In this document: positions 1 to 10,560 of the stretch, piece after piece
Numbering within the stretch: the stretch's first letter is position 1
Layout of the letters: each line of letters begins with the position of its first letter
From: an uncultured Planctomycetaceae bacterium
GTDB taxonomy: Bacteria; Planctomycetota; Planctomycetia; Isosphaerales; Isosphaeraceae
Assembly: GCA_963833985.1 (NCBI GenBank)
Contig: CAWIAD010000001.1
Coordinates: forward strand, 1,184,001-1,248,000
Length of the DNA: 64,000 nt
Reading direction: 5' to 3'
Notes under the pieces: generated by a model
The model's database searches: none
What the model was told of the DNA's origin: nothing
The model's input: only the letters and a program-made list of their open reading frames with translations
Position numbers and translations under genes: made by a program

Positions 1-1
1 G

Positions 2-2764
2 GTGCCCGGCCTGTCGCGGGACATCGACACGATCGCGCTGAAGTGCCTTCAGAAGGAACCCGAAAGGCGCTATGATTCGGCGGCCGCGCTCGCCGACGAC
101 CTTCTCCGCTGCCTCAACGGCGAGCCGATCCACGCCCGGCCGGTGGGCGACCTGGAGCGCCTGGTCCGGTGGGCCCGCCGCCATCCGTTGCCGGCCGGCC
201 TGACTGCCCTTGCCGTGCTGTCCCTGGCGGCCGGGACCGTCGTATCGACCTACTTCAAGATCCAGGCCGACGCGCGTGCTACCGACGCCCATAACGCGGC
301 CGTGCAGGCGAAGGCCAGCGCCATCGAGGCCGATCGCCGCCGGGGCGAGGCCGAGGCCGCCGGGGCAGAAGCACGCGACCGGCTCAGCCGCCTGAACATC
401 GCCACCGGCACTCGGTACCTCGACGCGGGCGATGCCGACAGCGCCCTGCTCTGGTACGCCCGGGCCTGGAGCACGGACAAAGACCCGGCGGCCGAGGAGA
501 GCCATCGACTGCGGGTGGGCGCGGCGCTGGCGGCGCGGCCGGAGCTCGTTGGCCTTGGAGTCCACAACGGCCTGGTCTCCGACGCCGTCTTCAGTCCTGA
601 CGGCACCCGCATCCTGACCCGACTGGAGGGGCCGGAAGCGTACATCTGGGACTACGAGCGAGGGCGCCTGGCGGTGCCGCCTCTGCGGCATGACGCCAAG
701 GTCTGGCACGCCGCCTGGAGCCACGACGGCACCGTCGTGGCGACCGCGTCGGACGACGGCACCGCCCGGATCTGGAGCGCCCGCGACGGTCACCGTATCC
801 GGAACCTGTGCCATCCCGGCCCTGTCCGCTGGCTCGCGTTCGCACCGGGCTCTGCCCGGCTGGCAACCGCGTGCACCGACGGCAAGGTGCGGACCTGGGA
901 CACGGTGGCCGGCACTGAGGCCGGACCGCCGCTGGAACTGACGCAGGCGGTCCAGTACGTCGCCTACAGCGGCGACGGGACGAAGCTCCTCACGGCCGAT
1001 CAATCGGGCTCCGCCCGCGTCTGGGACGCCGGCACTCGCAAGCCGCTGACACCGTCCCTGCCGCACGCCGCCCAGGACGCGATCGACCTCGAGTACGGAT
1101 ACCGCCGCTACCCCGCGTTCAGCCCGGACGGTACGCGCGTCCTCACCGCCGAGAAAGCCGTGCACGTCTGGGACGCGGCCACCGGAGAGCGCCGGCTGGG
1201 CCCTCACGCCGTGAAGAACCGCGTCACGTCGCTGGGCTGGAGCCCCGACGGGACGCGCATCGTGCTTACCCTGGACCCGGTCTTCTCGGCGACAATCCTC
1301 TCGGCGCACGACGGCTCGGTGGAGGCTGAGTTGCGGCACCCTCGTGCCGTCCAGAACGCCGTCTTCGACCCTCGGGGTGAGCGCCTGCTGAGTTGCAGTT
1401 CCGGCGCGGTCGTCCACCTCTGGGACCTCCGTAGCCGGCTGCCTCTGTGGTCGGGTCAGCGGTGTGCCTCGTGGGGCCGGGCGCTGGCCTTCACGCGGGA
1501 CGGCCGGCGCTGCCTGGCGTCGAGCGAGGACGGGACGGTCCGCGTCTGGTCGCTGGAGCCGACGGGGGGATTCCGGCCTTACGATTTCTCGGATGGCCAG
1601 GCGCACCGGCTGAGAGCCGTCGTGGGCCCGGACGGGAGGCGCCGGGCCTTCGACCCTTCCGGCCGGATCGAGGCGCGGTTCGGGGGTGCCACACCGAAGG
1701 TCGTGGAGATTGCCGGCAGGGACGCGGCCGGGCCGATCCGCCGCTTCGACCACCCCGGCCCGGTCCAGGCCGCCTTCTTCACCGCGGATGGCCGCACGCT
1801 CTTCGCGGTCATGAAGGATCACGGCATCCTCCGGTGGGATGTCGCGCGGGGCGAGGCGTCGGGGCCCCTCTTCCGGCCGGAAGCACTTGAGACCGGCGAC
1901 CTGCCCCACCTGATCTTCAAGCGGGACAGGTTCCGCACCAGCCGTGACGGGGCCGTCCTCATCCTGGTCGACGATGCCGAAGCACTTCAGGTCTGGGATG
2001 CGACGGCCGGCCGTTGCCTGCTGGGCCCCCTGCGGACCTCGAAGGAGGTTCCGGTCGTCTTCGGCGCCCGGGAGAGCGCTGGGCGGGTCACGAACGCGGC
2101 GGTGAGCCCGGATGGCCGCCGGGTGGCCGCGGCGTCCGCCAGCACCGGGACGCTCGCTGTCTGGGACGTCCCGGGCGGTCGGCTCTTACACGAACATCCG
2201 CAACGTTTCCGGGGCGTGCCCGACGGCCTGGAGTTCAGCCCGGATGGCCGGTGGGTCCTCGTCACCGCGAGCGACACGGTCGCGCGGGTCTGGGACGCCG
2301 AGACCGGGCAACTGGCCGGTCGGCCCTTGCACCATCCCTCCTCGGTCCGCGCCGGCGACCTCGCGCCGGACGGGCGACGGGTCGTGACCCAGGCGAAGCT
2401 CGGGATCTATCTCTGGGACCGGACCACCGGGGACCTCTTGTCGCGTCTCGCGTTCCCCGGGGGCGTATTCGCCAGGACCGATGAAGTTCAACCCCGGTTC
2501 GGCGCCGACGGTCTTCGCCTCAGCTTGACCGATGGGACCACGACCGTGGCGTCCAGGTTCCCCGAGTTCCGTACCCCCGAGACCGCACTGGCTCCGCTGG
2601 CGGAACTCTTGACCTGCCAGCGGCTCGACGAATTCGGCGGGGCCGAGTACCTGGATCAAGGCGCGATCCTGGCCAACCCGGGCCGGTATCGCCGAGCGTG
2701 GCTCACACTGCGCGAGCGTGAAGACGACCCGGCGGCTCAGCCCGCGGGTACCAGGATCCCTTGA
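2..2764 (+). CDS. Ser/Thr protein kinase (C-terminal end only) with WD40 repeats; 5'-truncated by window edge
   Basis: Starts with kinase tail DIDTIALKCLQKEPERRYDSAAALADDL, then a TM segment and many WD40 units (FSPDG...ARVWD). Confidence 0.9.
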   Translation: MPGLSRDIDTIALKCLQKEPERRYDSAAALADDLLRCLNGEPIHARPVGDLERLVRWARRHPLPAGLTALAVLSLAAGTVVSTYFKIQADARATDAHNAAVQAKASAIEADRRRGEAEAAGAEARDRLSRLNIATGTRYLDAGDADSALLWYARAWSTDKDPAAEESHRLRVGAALAARPELVGLGVHNGLVSDAVFSPDGTRILTRLEGPEAYIWDYERGRLAVPPLRHDAKVWHAAWSHDGTVVATASDDGTARIWSARDGHRIRNLCHPGPVRWLAFAPGSARLATACTDGKVRTWDTVAGTEAGPPLELTQAVQYVAYSGDGTKLLTADQSGSARVWDAGTRKPLTPSLPHAAQDAIDLEYGYRRYPAFSPDGTRVLTAEKAVHVWDAATGERRLGPHAVKNRVTSLGWSPDGTRIVLTLDPVFSATILSAHDGSVEAELRHPRAVQNAVFDPRGERLLSCSSGAVVHLWDLRSRLPLWSGQRCASWGRALAFTRDGRRCLASSEDGTVRVWSLEPTGGFRPYDFSDGQAHRLRAVVGPDGRRRAFDPSGRIEARFGGATPKVVEIAGRDAAGPIRRFDHPGPVQAAFFTADGRTLFAVMKDHGILRWDVARGEASGPLFRPEALETGDLPHLIFKRDRFRTSRDGAVLILVDDAEALQVWDATAGRCLLGPLRTSKEVPVVFGARESAGRVTNAAVSPDGRRVAAASASTGTLAVWDVPGGRLLHEHPQRFRGVPDGLEFSPDGRWVLVTASDTVARVWDAETGQLAGRPLHHPSSVRAGDLAPDGRRVVTQAKLGIYLWDRTTGDLLSRLAFPGGVFARTDEVQPRFGADGLRLSLTDGTTTVASRFPEFRTPETALAPLAELLTCQRLDEFGGAEYLDQGAILANPGRYRRAWLTLREREDDPAAQPAGTRIP

Positions 2765-2840
2765 ACCGGGCAGGCTTGCTGCCGGGCCACACCGGTTACG
2801 ACGCGTCGATGGCGACTATCCTCTCCTTCAGAAAGAGAAC

Positions 2841-3971
2841 ATGCACATTTGCCGTGGAAATCGGAGTGGCGGCCGGGGGTTCACGCTGATCGAGCTGCTG
2901 GTGGTCATCGCGATCATCGGCGTGCTGATCGCCCTGCTCTTGCCGGCCGTGCAGGCGGCACGCGAGGCGGCTCGCCGCACCCAGTGCACCAGCAACCTGA
3001 AGCAACTGGCCCTGGCGGCGAGCAACTACGAGTCCGCCAACGGCTGCCTCCCCGGCGGGTCCTACTCCAACTATAACGGGGGCACGCCGGCAAAGGGCTG
3101 CGCCAACAGCGTGGCCCCGTGTGCCTTCCCGGAGAACTTCAGCGTCTTCGTGCGGATGCTGCCCTACACCGAGCAGTCGGCGATGTATAACGCGGTCAAC
3201 TTTCACTTCACGTCTTCAAACTTCGAGAATATCACCATCGCCGGCGTGCACCTGAACATCCTGACGTGCCCGAGCGACACGCGTAATGACCCTGTGCCAC
3301 TGGTCGAGGGCGCCGCGGACTCCTCGTTCAACCTCATCGCAGGCACCCCGCCCCCCGGCAACTGGCTCCAGTGCTACAGCAGCTATGCCGGCAACGCCGG
3401 GACGTGGGACTACGGGACCACCACGCTGACCAATCGCGCCGTGCGAGCCATGTACAACGGCGTCATTTACAACGATAGTAGCACCTCCATCGCCCAGGTG
3501 ACCGACGGCACCAGCAACACGATGCTCTTCGCCGAGCACAGCCACTTTCTGGAGACTCTGAACGACCCAGGTTTCTACGTCTCCGACAATTCGTGGCAGT
3601 CGGGCCGCTGGTACGACACGCTCTTCTGCACGCTCTACCCGATGGGACTGAATCTCCAGGCAATACCCGCTCAGATCAACGGCCCGTTCGGCTATTACTC
3701 CAGCACCGTCGCGAACAGCTTGCATCCCGGCGGCGCCAGTTTCGCCTTCTGTGATGGATCGGTGCGCTTTCTCAAGTCCACGATCAACACATGGATTGTC
3801 AGCGGGAGCAGTACCGACCCCGGCCGTAATGCCATCCCTGACGGCTCGACAACCCTGGCAGTCAGCAACCCCAGCGGGACGGTCCACCTGTTCGGCTCAG
3901 CCCAGCTCGGAGTCTACCAGAAGCTCTCGACACGGGCTGGGGGCGAGGTCGTCAGCTCCGACCAGTATTGA
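2841..3971 (+). CDS. DUF1559 prepilin-type N-terminal cleavage/methylation protein
   Basis: GFTLIELLVVIAIIGVLIALLLPAVQAAREAARR; DGTSNT; HPGGASFAFCDGSV (H-X9-DG); ATG at 2841 chosen as start. Confidence 0.93.
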   Translation: MHICRGNRSGGRGFTLIELLVVIAIIGVLIALLLPAVQAAREAARRTQCTSNLKQLALAASNYESANGCLPGGSYSNYNGGTPAKGCANSVAPCAFPENFSVFVRMLPYTEQSAMYNAVNFHFTSSNFENITIAGVHLNILTCPSDTRNDPVPLVEGAADSSFNLIAGTPPPGNWLQCYSSYAGNAGTWDYGTTTLTNRAVRAMYNGVIYNDSSTSIAQVTDGTSNTMLFAEHSHFLETLNDPGFYVSDNSWQSGRWYDTLFCTLYPMGLNLQAIPAQINGPFGYYSSTVANSLHPGGASFAFCDGSVRFLKSTINTWIVSGSSTDPGRNAIPDGSTTLAVSNPSGTVHLFGSAQLGVYQKLSTRAGGEVVSSDQY

Positions 3972-4216
3972 TTCCGACCACTCGCGGCAACGAAGGGCCG
4001 GCCGAGGTACTTCCAGGAACCGACGGTGGAGCCTCCGGCAGCCCTGACCTGGGCACGCAGCCATTGCGCGTCCGGTCTGGTCGTCTGGAACCAGCGACAC
4101 GCGTCATTGAAGAAGTGTGCCGGAATCAACTCACAGTCGGTCGAGCGCGGCCAGGGTCAACCGATCGCCAGGGTCCGGTTCGTCGCATAAGCACACGCCG
4201 GATGGACTGGCCTCCC

Positions 4217-4603
4217 CTATGCCTCGAGACTGTCCGAGGGGTCGGCCAGGTAGAGACCAACGATTTCCAGCTCTCGCCCCTGGCGGACGTCCGTGCCTGG
4301 CTGGCCGCAGCGCGGGCAGTAGAAGCTCTGAGTTCCCGGCAGCTGCACCTCGGCCTGGCACGATTCGCAGAAGATGATGACCGGCACTTCCTCGACCACC
4401 AGCCGCGTTCCGGCCAGCGGCGTGTCTGCCGTCACCAGGTCATAACAGAAGAGCAGCGAGTCTTTCACGACACCGGCGAGCGGTCCCAGCCGCAGGTGAA
4501 TCTCGGTGATTCGCCGGCCCGCGATCTGCGCGCGGCCGGTCTCCGATTCAATGGTATCGAGCGCGGTCGTGACCAGGCTCTCGGCAATGGCTAGCTCATG
4601 CAC
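4217..4603 (-). CDS. hypA: Hydrogenase maturation nickel metallochaperone HypA
   Basis: GTG start giving (M)HELAIAESL; two CxxC motifs (CESC, CPRC); GRELEI. Confidence 0.88.
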   Translation of the reverse strand: MHELAIAESLVTTALDTIESETGRAQIAGRRITEIHLRLGPLAGVVKDSLLFCYDLVTADTPLAGTRLVVEEVPVIIFCESCQAEVQLPGTQSFYCPRCGQPGTDVRQGRELEIVGLYLADPSDSLEA

Positions 4604-4757
4604 GATCCACCTCGAAGTCCAAGGACCTGCGACAGAACGCAACTCCACCCGTATCATCTCCGGGAGCGGCCGACTCCCCGGTCGTCGCCGTGTCGGCCCT
4701 GTTGTCGCTGGCCGACCGGCTCAGGCAACGAAAGCAATCGACCCCAGGATATCACTC

Positions 4758-4952
4758 ATGCGCGACCGCCTGGACCAATCAGTCCCCCCCCCGCGCTGCG
4801 TGACGCCGCCCGGCCCACGCCCCGGCGTCTCGATCTGGCCGACGCTCACGACGGATCAGCAACAGATCCTGCTCCACGCCCTCAGCCGACTGCTCGCCCG
4901 GCGCCTGCCCGTCGCGCCCGACGCCAAGGAGGTGCGCGATGAGCGAAACTGA
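4758..4952 (+). CDS. Small protein overlapping the start of the recombinase gene
   Basis: 64-aa ORF (IWPTLTTDQQQILLHALSRLLARRL...KEVRDERN); its 3' end carries AAGGAGG, the recombinase RBS. Confidence 0.45.
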   Translation: MRDRLDQSVPPPRCVTPPGPRPGVSIWPTLTTDQQQILLHALSRLLARRLPVAPDAKEVRDERN

Positions 4953-6571
4953 ACCCACCCTGCGGCCCCGGCCCTTCGAGTCCGGGAAGATCACCGACGC
5001 CCATTGGGCCAGGCTGGCTGTCGTCTACGTCCGCCAGTCCACGCCCCAGCAGGTCGCCGAAAACCGCGAGTCACTCGTCCGCCAGTACGCCCTGGCCGAG
5101 CATGCCCGCGCCCTGGGCTGGCCTGCCGATCGGGTCCTCGTCATCGACCCGGACCTCGGGCAGAGCGCACGCACCGCCGAGGCCCGGCTCGGCTTCCAGC
5201 GCCTGCTGGCCGAGGTCAGCATGGACCATGTCGGGCTCGTCCTGGGACTGGAGATGAGCCGCCTCTCCTGGTCCTGCAAGGACTGGCACCAGCTCCTGGA
5301 GCTCTGCGGCCTCTTCGGCGCCCTTCTGGCCGACCAGGACGGCGTCTACGACCCGTCCGACGCCAACGACGGGCTCGTGCTCGGCCTGAAGGGCCAGATC
5401 TCGGAACTGGAGCTGCATACGATTCGTAGCCGCCTGGTCCGCGGCAAGCTGAACAAGGCCCGCCGCGGCGAGCTGATCATCAACGCTCCGATCGGCTACG
5501 TCAAGACACCGGCCGGCGGCCTGGCGCTCGACTCCGACGACCAGGTCCGAGCCGTCGTCCGGCTCCTCTTCGAGAAATTCGACGAGCTGGGGACCGCCCA
5601 TGCTGTCACGCGCTACCTGAGGCTCAATCACATCCGGCTCGGCATCCGCCCCCACGACGGGCCGAATCGCGGCAACCTCGAATGGCGCCCGGCGCTGGTC
5701 AGCACCGTCTATCGCATCCTCACCCATCCGGCCTACGCCGGGACAGACGCTTACGGTCGCACCCCGATTGAACCGAGGCGCCGCCGCAATGACCAGCCGG
5801 GCATCCGCCGCGCCCCCATGGCGGAATGGGCCGTCACCCTGCACGATCGCCTGCCGGCGTACATTTCGAGGGGGCAGGACCTCCGCAACACCGAGCGCAT
5901 CCGCCTGAACCGCACCACCGCTTCGACCCCGGGCCATGTGCGCCGGGGCGGCGCCCTGCTGTGCGGGATCGTCTTCTGCGGGCGGTGCGGGCGACGGATG
6001 GGCGTGGTCTACAGCTCCAAGTCCTGGCCGCGCTACCATTGCGGCGCGCACCATCAACCCGGAGAGTCCTGGGCCTGCCGCGGGATCTCGGCGGCGGCCC
6101 TGGACGCCGCCGTCGCCGATCACGTCCTGCAGGCGCTGGCGCCCGCCGGGATCGAGCTGAGCCTCACCGGCACCGGGGATATCGAGCGGGAGCGGGCTCG
6201 GCTGGATGCCCACTGGAAGGCCGATCTGCAGCGCGGCGGGTACGAGGCCCGGCTCGCCGAGCGGAGCGACCGGGCGGTCGATCCGGAGAACCGCCCTCGT
6301 GGTGCGCACGCTGGAGCAGCGGTGGGAGGAAGCGCTGCGGCGCGAGCAGCAGTTGCAGGAGGGGTACGATCGCTTCCGGCGGGAATCGCCACGGCGGCTG
6401 ACCTGGGAGGAACTCGACCGCATGCGTGCGCGGGTCGCCGATATCCCTTCCCTCTGGTACGCCGCCGAGACCCCGGCGGCGGACCGAAAGGAGATCATCC
6501 ACGCCCTGGTTGAGCGGGTGACCGTGACAGTCGCCGGGGACTCCGAGAGCGTCCTCGTCCACCTCTGGTGA
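4939..6571 (+). pseudogene. Large serine recombinase (resolvase, recombinase and Zn-ribbon domains), frameshifted and C-terminally truncated; mobile element relic
   Basis: YVRQST catalytic Ser; LEMSRL; CGRCGRRM Zn ribbon; extra C near 6295 (ENR/LVVRTLEQRWEEAL continues in the next frame); stops at VHLW*. Confidence 0.85.
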
Positions 6572-6755
6572 CTCTCGCCACTCGGCGCTGGTGCGACGAG
6601 CGTCCCTGCGCGGTATCATCTGAAGCTGGCGATCACCGGATACGTATACGTCTGACGACCGCCCGACGAGCGGCTGATCATTGTCCGATGTGTGAAGGGC
6701 GAATATTTCCATCGCATCAACAAGGCCGGCGATGCTAGTTAATAATCTACGTGTG

Positions 6756-6770
6756 TGATTCATAGAATCA
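6756..6770. promoter_or_regulatory. Palindrome TGATTC-ATA-GAATCA in an AT-rich region upstream of the aldo/keto reductase
   Basis: Perfect 6-bp inverted repeat seen directly; operator role is inferred. Confidence 0.35.
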
Positions 6771-6855
6771 TATCGATCTAAAATGTCTTAACGAGATCAA
6801 TGCTCATCTGGGATATTGTGGCCGAGAGCATGCATGCAACACGAGGAGGCAACAC

Positions 6856-7838
<983 letters not shown>

Positions 7839-7883
7839 ACCGTACGCCATCCCCACTTCTATAATGATGCCGGGGAGGACTTC

Positions 7884-9419
7884 ATGAGCACCATTGCTGC
7901 CCCCGATCGATTGCCTGCAACATCCTCGCGTTCGGCTCACGCGCTGAACCTGATCGGCGGAGTCTGGGTCGAGGGACGTGGGGAGACGAGCCGGGACATC
8001 TACAATCCGGCGGACTCGGCCGAGATGTTGGCGCCGGTGCGCGAGGCCGCGCCGGAGCAGGTGGACGAGGCATGCGCCGCCGCCGCCCAGGCCTTCCCTG
8101 GCTGGCGCGCCACTCCGGCGCCGGATCGCGCCCACGTCCTGTTCAAGTTCCGGGATCTGCTGGAAAAGAACTTCTCGGACGTGGCACACAGCATCGTCCG
8201 CGAAAACGGCAAGCTGTTGAGCGAGGCGCGCGGCTCGCTGCGGCGCGGGCTCGACGTCGTCGACTTCGCCTGCGGCATCCCCTCCCAGATGATGGGACAG
8301 AGCCTGACCGACGTTTCGCGGGATATCGACTGCCTCACCACCCGCGAACCCATGGGCGTGGTGGTCGGCATTCCGCCGTTCAATTTTCCGGCCCTGATTC
8401 CGCTCTGGATGATGTCGGTCGCTGTCGCCTGCGGGAACACGTTCCTCCTCAAGCCTGCCGAGAAGGCGCCGCTCACTGGCACCCGACTCGTGGAGATGTT
8501 CGCCGATGCCGGCTTGCCGACCGGCGTCGTCGGCGTCGTGCAGGGGAGCAAGGAAGTCAGCGAACGTCTCATCGCCAACCCGCATGTCCAGGCGGTTTCC
8601 TTCGTCGGCACCTCGGCTGTGGCGGAGTCGGTCTACCGCACCGCAGCGACTCACGGCAAGCGAGTTCAGGCGCACGGCGGGGCGAAGAACCATCTGCTCG
8701 TCCTGCCCGATGCCGACCTGGAGCGCATCTTGCCCGACCTGATCGGGTCGTGCTTCGGCTCCGCGGGACAGCGCTGCCTCGCCGGGAGCGTGCTGGTGGC
8801 GGTCGGAGATCGAGCGCGACAGGACGCCGTCGCCGACGCCTTCATTCGCGCGGCGGGTAAACTGAATCTGGGAGACGGCCTGGACGAGGACGCGACGCTC
8901 GGCCCCGTGGTGAACCCGGTCGAAGAAAAGCGGATCCGGGCCGCGATCGAGCGAGGGGAGGTGGAAGGGGCCCGGCTCCGCCTCGACGGCCGTTCCCAAA
9001 CCGTACCCCACAGACCGCGGGGTTGCTTCATCGGGCCGACAATCCTTGACGACGTGACACCGGAGATGTTCGTCGGCCGGGAGGAGATTTTTGGTCCGGT
9101 GGTGAGCCTGATGCGCGCCCCGGACCTGGATACGGCGATCACGTTGGCGAACCGCAGCCGATACGGCAACACGGCTTGCCTCTTCACGCAATCCGGGGCG
9201 GCGGCCCGCACGTTCCGCGAACGCATCCAGGCCGGAATGCTCGGCCTCAATGTCGCCGTGCCGGCACCGATGGGGTTCTTTCCGTTCGGCGGCTGGAAGA
9301 ATTCAATATACGGATATTTCAATACGCAGGGTGCTGACGCCGTTGCTTTCTACACGCGAAAGAAAGTGATGACGGAACGCTGGTTCGGCTCTGAGGCGCC
9401 GAAGGATGGATGGGTTTGA
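7884..9419 (+). CDS. CoA-acylating methylmalonate-semialdehyde dehydrogenase (MmsA/IolA family)
   Basis: PFNFPA, SFVGTS, GGAKNH, GSAGQRCLA, EEIFGPV, FPFGGWK. Confidence 0.9.
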   Translation: MSTIAAPDRLPATSSRSAHALNLIGGVWVEGRGETSRDIYNPADSAEMLAPVREAAPEQVDEACAAAAQAFPGWRATPAPDRAHVLFKFRDLLEKNFSDVAHSIVRENGKLLSEARGSLRRGLDVVDFACGIPSQMMGQSLTDVSRDIDCLTTREPMGVVVGIPPFNFPALIPLWMMSVAVACGNTFLLKPAEKAPLTGTRLVEMFADAGLPTGVVGVVQGSKEVSERLIANPHVQAVSFVGTSAVAESVYRTAATHGKRVQAHGGAKNHLLVLPDADLERILPDLIGSCFGSAGQRCLAGSVLVAVGDRARQDAVADAFIRAAGKLNLGDGLDEDATLGPVVNPVEEKRIRAAIERGEVEGARLRLDGRSQTVPHRPRGCFIGPTILDDVTPEMFVGREEIFGPVVSLMRAPDLDTAITLANRSRYGNTACLFTQSGAAARTFRERIQAGMLGLNVAVPAPMGFFPFGGWKNSIYGYFNTQGADAVAFYTRKKVMTERWFGSEAPKDGWV

Positions 9420-9487
9420 TCGAGCGGGCTAGCCGGCAGCGTCAGCGACCGGACACCGACGGGCTCTGTAATCGGAGGGATGGAACA

Positions 9488-10435
9488 ATGGTAGAGAGCG
9501 ACAACCTTCGCGATACGAGGATAGCCCTCAACAACGGATCCGGTGCGATCCCCGCCCTCGGTTTTGGCACACTGATTCCCGACCCCGTGGCAACCAGAAC
9601 CGCGACCATGGCGGCGCTGGAGGCAGGATTTCGCATGCTCGACGCTGCGGAACGCTATCGAAATGAAAAGGAGGTCGGCGAAGCGATGCAGGAGGTGTTC
9701 GCGGCGGGGAAGATCAAGCGGGAGGACGTCTTTATCGCCACGAAACTCTGGAATAACAATCATCGTCCCGAACGCGTTAAACCCGCCTTCGAGGCCAGTC
9801 TCAAGAAACTCCAAATCGACTACGTCGATCTCTATCTCATCCACACGCCCTTTGCCTTCCAACCCGGAGACGAGCAAGATCCGAGGGATGCGAACGGCGA
9901 TGTGATTTATGACAAAGGGGTGACATTGCTGGATACATGGAGGGCGTTGGAGGATCTCGTGGACGAGGGCAAGTGCAAGGCGATCGGATTGTCCGACGTC
10001 AGCCTGGATCAGACGCAAGAGATCTTCGAGGCGGGGAGGATCAAGCCCGCCGTTGTTCACGTGGAATCCCATCCGTATCTCCCGCAATGGGACCTCTTGG
10101 ACTATTGCAGGAAGAATGGCATCGTGTTGCAAGCGTTCGCAGCGCTGGGGCATAGTAGCGAGCCCAAGTTGCTGGAAGATCCTGTGATTACCGCGATCGC
10201 CAAGCGAGTCAACAAGACCCCGGCGCAGGTCTTGCTCGCCTGGGCCATCCAGCGCGGCACGGCCCTCCTGACCACCTCGAAGACCCCCAGCCGGATCAAG
10301 GAGAACTTTGAAGTCTCCACCCTTCCTCAAGACGCCATGCGGGAGATTAGCGAAGGAATCAAGTCGCGGGTCAGGTTTAATGCCGTTGTAGAGACCGGCG
10401 TTCCCGGATTCATTCCGAGGGCGAAGGGAAGTTGA
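9488..10435 (+). CDS. Aldo/keto reductase (AKR1/DkgA-like)
   Basis: IPALGFGT, DAAERY, ATKLW, DLYLIHTP, KAIGLS, AQVLLAWAIQRG. Confidence 0.9.
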   Translation: MVESDNLRDTRIALNNGSGAIPALGFGTLIPDPVATRTATMAALEAGFRMLDAAERYRNEKEVGEAMQEVFAAGKIKREDVFIATKLWNNNHRPERVKPAFEASLKKLQIDYVDLYLIHTPFAFQPGDEQDPRDANGDVIYDKGVTLLDTWRALEDLVDEGKCKAIGLSDVSLDQTQEIFEAGRIKPAVVHVESHPYLPQWDLLDYCRKNGIVLQAFAALGHSSEPKLLEDPVITAIAKRVNKTPAQVLLAWAIQRGTALLTTSKTPSRIKENFEVSTLPQDAMREISEGIKSRVRFNAVVETGVPGFIPRAKGS

Positions 10436-10436
10436 G
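10294..10436 (+). repeat. 143-bp direct repeat, copy 1 (3' end of the AKR gene)
   Basis: Aligns without gaps to 12185-12327 at roughly 90% identity by eye. Confidence 0.9.
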
Positions 10437-10560
10437 GCGGCAATCACTCCCACAGATGAGCGTTCAAGTTTTCAGGCTTGGGCATTCGAGGTGTCGAGCG
10501 AGGGGCCGAGCTCCCCAGACCACCTATGATAGGAGCGTATCTTTGAGAAATCGACGAGTG

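Noticed and set aside
6164..6763. Minus-strand ORF as a truncated regulator divergent from the AKR
   Set aside because: No recognisable regulator motif, and most of it overlaps the recombinase.
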